Assembly: GCA_950097015.1 (NCBI GenBank)
Contig: CATNEN010000038.1
Location: 5,084,001-5,148,000, forward strand
DNA: 64,000 nt
Direction of reading: 5' to 3'
Source: Macrostomum hystrix
Lineage: Eukaryota > Animalia > Platyhelminthes
Shown: positions 58,325-64,000 of the stretch, piece after piece
Position numbering within the stretch: the first letter of the stretch is position 1
Layout of the letters: each line of letters begins with the position of its first letter
Program-made: the position numbers and the translations under genes
Notes under the pieces: generated by a model
Databases searched by the model: none
The model's input: only the letters and a program-made list of their open reading frames with translations
What the model was told of the DNA's origin: nothing

Positions 58325-59255
58325 TGTCCTTGTCTTGTCTCTTCCGTGTCTCATCTCTCCCGTGTCTCATCTCTCCCGTGTCTCATCTCTTCTGCGTCTT
58401 GTCTCTCCCGTGTCTCATCTCTCCCGTGTCTCATCTCTTCTGCGTCTTGTCTCTCCCGTGTCTCATCTCTCCCGTGTCTCATCTCTCCCGTGTCTCATCT
58501 CTTCTGCGTCTTGTCTCTCCCGTGTCTCATCTCTCCCGTGTCTCATCTCTTCTGCGTCTTGTCTCTCCCGTGTCTCATCTCTCCCGTGTCTCATCTCTTC
58601 TGCGTCTTGTCTCTCCCGTGTCTCATCTCTCCCGTTTCTCATCTCTCCCGTGTCTCATCTCTCCCGTGTCTCATCTCTCCCGTGTCTCATCTCTCCCGTG
58701 TCTCATCTCTCCCGTGTCTCATCTCTCCCGTGTCTCATCTCTCCCGTGTCTCATCTCTCCCGTGTCTCATCTCTCCCGTGTCTCATCTCTCCCGTGTCTC
58801 ATCTCTTCTGCGTCTTGTCTCTCCCGTGTCTCATCTCTTCTGCGTCTCATCTCTCCCGTGTCTCATCTCTTCTGCGTCTCATCTCTCCCGTGTCTCATCT
58901 CTTCTGCGTCTTGTCTCTCCCGTGTCTCATCTCTTCTGCGTCTTGTCTCTCCCGTGTCTCATCTCTCCCGTGTCTCATCTCTTCTGCGTCTTGTCTCTCC
59001 CGTGTCTCATCTCTCCCGTGTCTCATCTCTCCCGTGTCTCATCTCTCCCGTGTCTCATCTCTCCCGTGTCTCATCTCTCCCGTGTCTCATCTCTCCCGTG
59101 TCTCATCTCTTCTGCGTCTTGTCTCTCCCGTGTCTCATCTCTTCTGCGTCTTGTCTCTCCCGTGTCTCATCTCTTCTGCGTCTCATCTCTCCCGTGTCTC
59201 ATCTCTTCTGCGTCTTGTCTCTCCCGTGTCTCATCTCTCCCGTGTCTCATCTCTA
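58325..59255. repeat. 16-bp minisatellite (TCTCATCTCTCCCGTG with variants)
   Basis: Tandem periodicity of 16. Confidence 0.97.
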
Positions 59256-59471
59256 GCGTGTCATCATTTCCTCATAATATATATGCATAATATACATAAT
59301 ACAGCTCGCTGTAAGTATCGCGAGAAACCAGAAAAAAAGTTCATTATTGGGTCAACGAGGTACACGATTTTTTTGGCCCCTGTATTTTACTGGCTTTAAA
59401 ATGAGCTTTTATGAGGCGTCACTTGAGAAACTAAAGAGATCGTCTTTATTGTCTAAAGAGATTCAGATTCT

Positions 59472-59716
59472 CAGAGCTATTGCACGGCGCATCTGAAGGC
59501 TGCGTACGGCAGTTCAGTCCATGCACTGGGGGGGACGCCACACCCACCTTCAATTATCCCAGCTGATGCTGGTACCCATTTAACAGCTGGGTGAACTGAA
59601 TCAATGCAGAGTTAAGTGTCTTGCTAAAGGACACAAATTGTTCTAGTGGATTCGGGAATCGAACCCCCGACCTTCAAGTCGTGAGTCCGACGCTCTAACC
59701 ACTAGGCTACAGCCTC
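59472..59716 (-). mobile_element. tRNA-derived CORE-type SINE, best-preserved copy
   Basis: Minus strand: A-box TAGCCTAGTGG, B-box GGTTCGATTCCC, then TGTGTCCTTTAGCAAGACACTTAACTCTGCATTGATTCAGTTCACCCAGCTGTTAAATGGG, resembling the MIR CORE consensus. Confidence 0.85.
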
Positions 59717-59899
59717 TTAAACAAGTTCGTTGTAAAAACGGTAGTTGCATTACTATTTGCATAGCGTGTTCGCTGTTTCATGCTGTGAGTAGAATTTTGT
59801 TCACTGAAAAACGACATTTAATAGTTTTGAACACTTTGAGTATTGTTTTATTAAGTGTGGAGCAGCAGTTTAATGGTTTCGTCTGTCGAATTTTCTTGG

Positions 59900-60681
59900 T
59901 CAGTCCCTGGTCAGCTTGACCCAGTCGGGGTTGCTCTCGATTGACGGTTCGACCGGAGCGTCGGCGAACTGCAGCAGGCGGCAGGCGATCAGCTTGCTGC
60001 TGTACAGAACACCGCAGCAGCTGCTGCCACACAGGGAGGCTCTGATGAGGCAGGTGTTCATTGAGGCCAGTCCCTGCTGCTCGTCGCTGCAATAATATGT
60101 GTAATCGTCGCTTCGAGTTCTGGCCAATCCAGCGGGCTTCCAGAAGTCGCCAACTGAAGCCTTCTCTGCTGCTGGAGGCGCCACATACTGGCAGATGAAG
60201 CTGATGTAATTCGAGTCACAGATCGTATCGCTGAGCCAATAAGAAGGCGAAACAAGGATACTCACGCAATGCTTGCCCCTGCCTCCATTTGGCTCCGAGA
60301 TGTACCACAGCGAGCTATTGGTTGTTAGAACTCCATGGCCGTTGATTCTTTGCCAACCCGCCCAGCTGGTGCGAACATCCGACTTGAGATCGCTCAGTCC
60401 AACCCACATCCTGGTAGTGTAGCCTGCCGCCATCAGATTCGATGAGAGCACGGCTGCAATTGACTCCTGCGAGTTGATCAGTTCGCCGTCTATCTCGGTG
60501 CAGCGACGGTTAACATCCATATCTAACACCAGTTGAGGCTCTGATTGGCGTCGTTGTACAGGCACAGCTGGGTGGCGGGGAGCAGCCAGAATGGAGTCGG
60601 ACGCGGCGGAATGGCCTGCGACAGCGCACCGCAGGCGGGGAGCAGCAGGGCCTGAATGAGGGCCTGAATGAATAGCATCAT
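59900..60681 (-). pseudogene. C-type lectin + PAN paralogue disrupted by an 8-bp insertion
   Basis: ATG 60681 reads MMLFIQALIQALLLP...LCLYNDANQSLNWC then TAG. Removing TAGATATG (60525-60518) restores NWCDVNRRCTEIDGEL, colinear with the 56-kb paralogue; EPN motif is downstream. Confidence 0.8.
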
Positions 60682-60695
60682 GCGAATTGGAGGTC

Positions 60696-61003
60696 GCTTC
60701 TATATTGCTAGATGCACCACAAGAGCACTGGAAATGCAAGCTTCTATATTGCTAGATGCAGCACAAGAGCACTGGAAATGCAAGCTTCTATATTGCTAGA
60801 TGCACCACAAGAGCACTGGAAATGCAAGCTTCTATATTGCTAGATGCACCACAAGAGCACTGGAAATGCAAGCTTCTATATTGCTAGATGCACCACAAGA
60901 GCACTGGAAATGCAAGCTTCTATATTGCTAGATGCAGCACAAGAGCACTGGAAATGCAAGCTTCTATATTGCTAGATGCACCACAAGAGCACTGGAAATG
61001 CAA
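60696..61003. repeat. 44-bp tandem repeat x7 (GCTTCTATATTGCTAGATGCACCACAAGAGCACTGGAAATGCAA)
   Basis: Directly visible immediately upstream of the lectin ATG. Confidence 0.95.
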
Positions 61004-62630
61004 ACTCATTTGTGCCAGCTTTTCTCATTAGAAAGAATTTCTATAGCTGCGAAGCCCCTGTTGCTATGGCGACAGTGAAGTCGCTGAATTGCATTAGCAG
61101 CAGGTAAAGAAAATGGCTTCAAGAGAAATTTCACCACTCCGTCAGTTTTCTGCTACAAATAAAATCACACTTTTTATTTGTCATTTTCAAATTTCCACAG
61201 TTTCCATATGGGCCGAGAGCTTTGCAAAATAATTCTGGCTTTCATTGGCACGATGAATGCCATTAATTATTGGCACGTTGATTTGTAACATTCTGTGACG
61301 TTGTCAGGTGTAGGTGGCCCCGAGGGAGGCCGTTATAACAATAGCGTGTTTGTTTAATTTAAGCCATTATTTTTCTCTTTTCATTACGCGGTACTATAAG
61401 TAAACGTTAGAGTACGAATTTATCTTAAATTACGTAACGCGACCGGACACCTGTGTACAATTTAATCAATAATTATGAGCCTGGCTGTAAGGTCAAAGTG
61501 TATTCTCGTGCCAGCCAATGAGAGGGCTGTGCATATTTTATGCGTGCCGACAATTAGGACTCTGCTGTGCGCCCCCCCACCCCGCTCGTTATCTCGTCAG
61601 CCAGAGCCAGAAGTACAGCCGCTACTCGATCGCGCCACCGCCGCAGTTCGCTTTATCGCCACGGTAGTATCGTCACCCTTTGGTCCCTTTCTCTCGCCTC
61701 GGTTCATTGTTCGGTATCATCGCCAGTTGGATTCTCGCCTAGCTCTGGCAGCCTCACTACATTGATATCCTCGCCACATCGTCATATTGCTAAATTTAGT
61801 TACCCATTTTGTTGCGTAGCCGTCTAGTGCACTCCCAATACTGCCATTGACCACCTGTCTGCAATTGCTAGTAGGTTTTTATACTCGTACACTCATATAT
61901 AATATTCTATGTAAGTTAGGGTTTTTTTAATATTATCTATTGCTTCAAGTTCCTTTCATATCTGGTTTCATTCGCTGCATAGCCGCGTCGATAAAAGTGT
62001 TGCATGCTCAGGGTTTCTCTGATGTTCGGCGTTTGGGTACTACGTGACCAATGTCGTTTCCACATTCCTTCTTAAAGAGTCTACACGAGTTATGGGTGAA
62101 CTTGGTATGAATTCGCTTTTAAGTTAAATAATAGTTTCTAAGCTTCTGATCCGGAAAACGCTATACGCTATCCGGATATTGTTGGACATGTGAATATACG
62201 AGCTATAAAAACGAATACAGATGAAAACTTGAAAATTCATAAAAGTTTATATTGAAGTTTATTTCATTTAAAATAAAACAGAATATTTGCTGTTGTGTGT
62301 ACAATATATTTGTTTTTTTTCTTAATCTTGTTTTGTTCTTACAGGCGTACTTTTACTTCACGTAACAAAAATATAAAAGAAATACCCGGCGCTTGCACTC
62401 TGCTGTGTACCAGCGTATGGTCTATTCGTTTTTACTCCGACTTGCTATTTAGAAACGCAGATTATACGTATAAATTACTAAGCTTATATAGATTATACAG
62501 GGTGATCTAATTCCAGAAAGCTCCAAAGCTCTAAAAGCTTAAGTGTGCATAAAACTAAATTAGATATACGTCCAGGACGTATAACACTAGCTATATGATT
62601 GCAACAGCGAAATTCCAAGCACAATCACCA

Positions 62631-63311
62631 TTAGCCGGCGCCACTGTCCTCAACGTTGCTAAGCAGTGCCTGAAAGTGTCGGCGTTGAATTAACTGACCA
62701 ACGTTCACTTCGGCGGGATTCCAGCCGTCTTCTAAGTGTTGCCGCGCCTCTATTTTGGCGCGCAACTGGGCGATCTGCTGCTCTCGCAGTTGCTGCTGCT
62801 GCAGCTGCAGCTGACGCGGTGTAGCAACGTCCCTAGCAGTCGAAATGTGGCGCAATAAGCTTGCACCGGCGCTGACCCACGAGTTGAGCGAACAAACAGC
62901 GTCTGTCGCGTATGAATTCGCCTCTTTCAGATCTAGTGAGTCTGCTAGTTGCTGCTCCAGCAGACGGATCGCCTTCGTTGAGCAATCCTGACTGCTTGCT
63001 GCAATGCTTGGGCGTTGGGGCCTTTCTCTAGCTCGTTCGTAATCTCCGACGAATAGTTCACTATCAGAGGTACTCCTTATGCCGCATTTCAGTTCTTTCT
63101 CAATGCTGATGTCGCGAGGGTATATGGTGCCATTATTCTGCGGCTGCTGCTGCTGCTGCATTTGCTGCTGCTGCTGCTGCTGCTGCTTCATTTGCTGCTG
63201 CTGCTGCTGCTGCTGCATTTGCTGCTGCATTTGCTGCTGCTGCTTCATTTGCTGCTGCTGCTGCTGCTGCTGCTGCATTTGCTGCTGCATTTGCTGCTGC
63301 TGCTGCTGCAT

Positions 63312-63383
<72 letters not shown>

Positions 63384-63471
63384 ATTTTTCTGTTGCTTTT
63401 GCTGATGTAGAGGGCGCAGCAGCAGCTTTTGATGATTCAGCTGACCCAAATTGCTTTTGCTCTGCTTCTGT
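62631..63471 (-). CDS. Probable terminal exon of a polyglutamine-rich protein of unknown family
   Basis: Long open frame with a ~80-residue Q/M/K tract (CAG repeat 63144-63380) and a complex C-terminus. Possible acceptor at 63472 and possible upstream exon ending at 63914. Confidence 0.55.
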
Positions 63472-64000
63472 CTGTTTGACAATAATGGGAATCGTCGATT
63501 AAAATAAATCATCATTCTTCATGTAAATCGACGAATCGACGCATCTAACCGGAAAAAACTTTGCAACGAATAAATGCTTTCGGGCGCCCCTAAGATTAGG
63601 CTTAACCGCATTATATGCTAGTTCAAGCTGAGATGTTAAACGGGACATGCTGATTAAATGGATGTTAGCTCGTATAATTTGCTGACAATGGTTATCTTAT
63701 CTAATATGGATTTTTGCTTTTGCGCGTGTTTACCAAGCACCCCTGAAAGCAGGTACATAAATCGGATATACAAGATTATCTCTGGCACAGCTTAGATCTA
63801 AAGCTTTTTGTTTTACTTGCTGAGCTCTCTTGACCATATCTAGCAACTCTAGTTCAAAAAGCTATAACCCGCTTAAAAGTACGTTTGAACTATTTTCCAG
63901 GAAAGTACCCGACCTGTGATCGACGCCTGCGTCAGAGCGGACCCGTTCGTCGATGCCGTTGATGCCGGGCGGCCTAGCGAGGACGCGTCTTCGCAAGTTG

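Noticed and set aside
59640-59716. tRNA-Val(CAC) gene (also 20458-20530)
   Set aside because: No proper acceptor stem or Pol III terminator; continues into a shared SINE body.

Overview
Eukaryotic (animal) genomic DNA, not prokaryotic. GC-rich spliced exons sit in AT-rich spacers, and roughly a quarter of the window (my rough tally) is minisatellite. The style suggests a free-living flatworm such as Macrostomum; this is inference. I reconstructed exon structures by hand for a run of minus-strand genes: PSMD10/gankyrin, PHF10-like, TOM22, exportin-4, a neuropeptide-like precursor, OMA1 and YIF1. On the plus strand are an MXRA7-like gene and a small orphan membrane protein. Two intronless C-type lectin/PAN paralogues are present, one apparently pseudogenised, along with a polyQ ORF. 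XPO4 intron 5 carries a full-length LOA-type non-LTR retrotransposon (ORF1, then APE-RT-RNaseH-CCHC) with a 12-bp target-site duplication. Its first nucleotide is the G1 of a complete HDV-like ribozyme fold with a covaried P1.1. Other highlights are a possible spliced-leader-supplied start codon for OMA1, a candidate trans-spliced operon, a 15-nt YIF1 microexon, a CORE-type tRNA SINE family, and a foldback element rich in p53-type half-sites.
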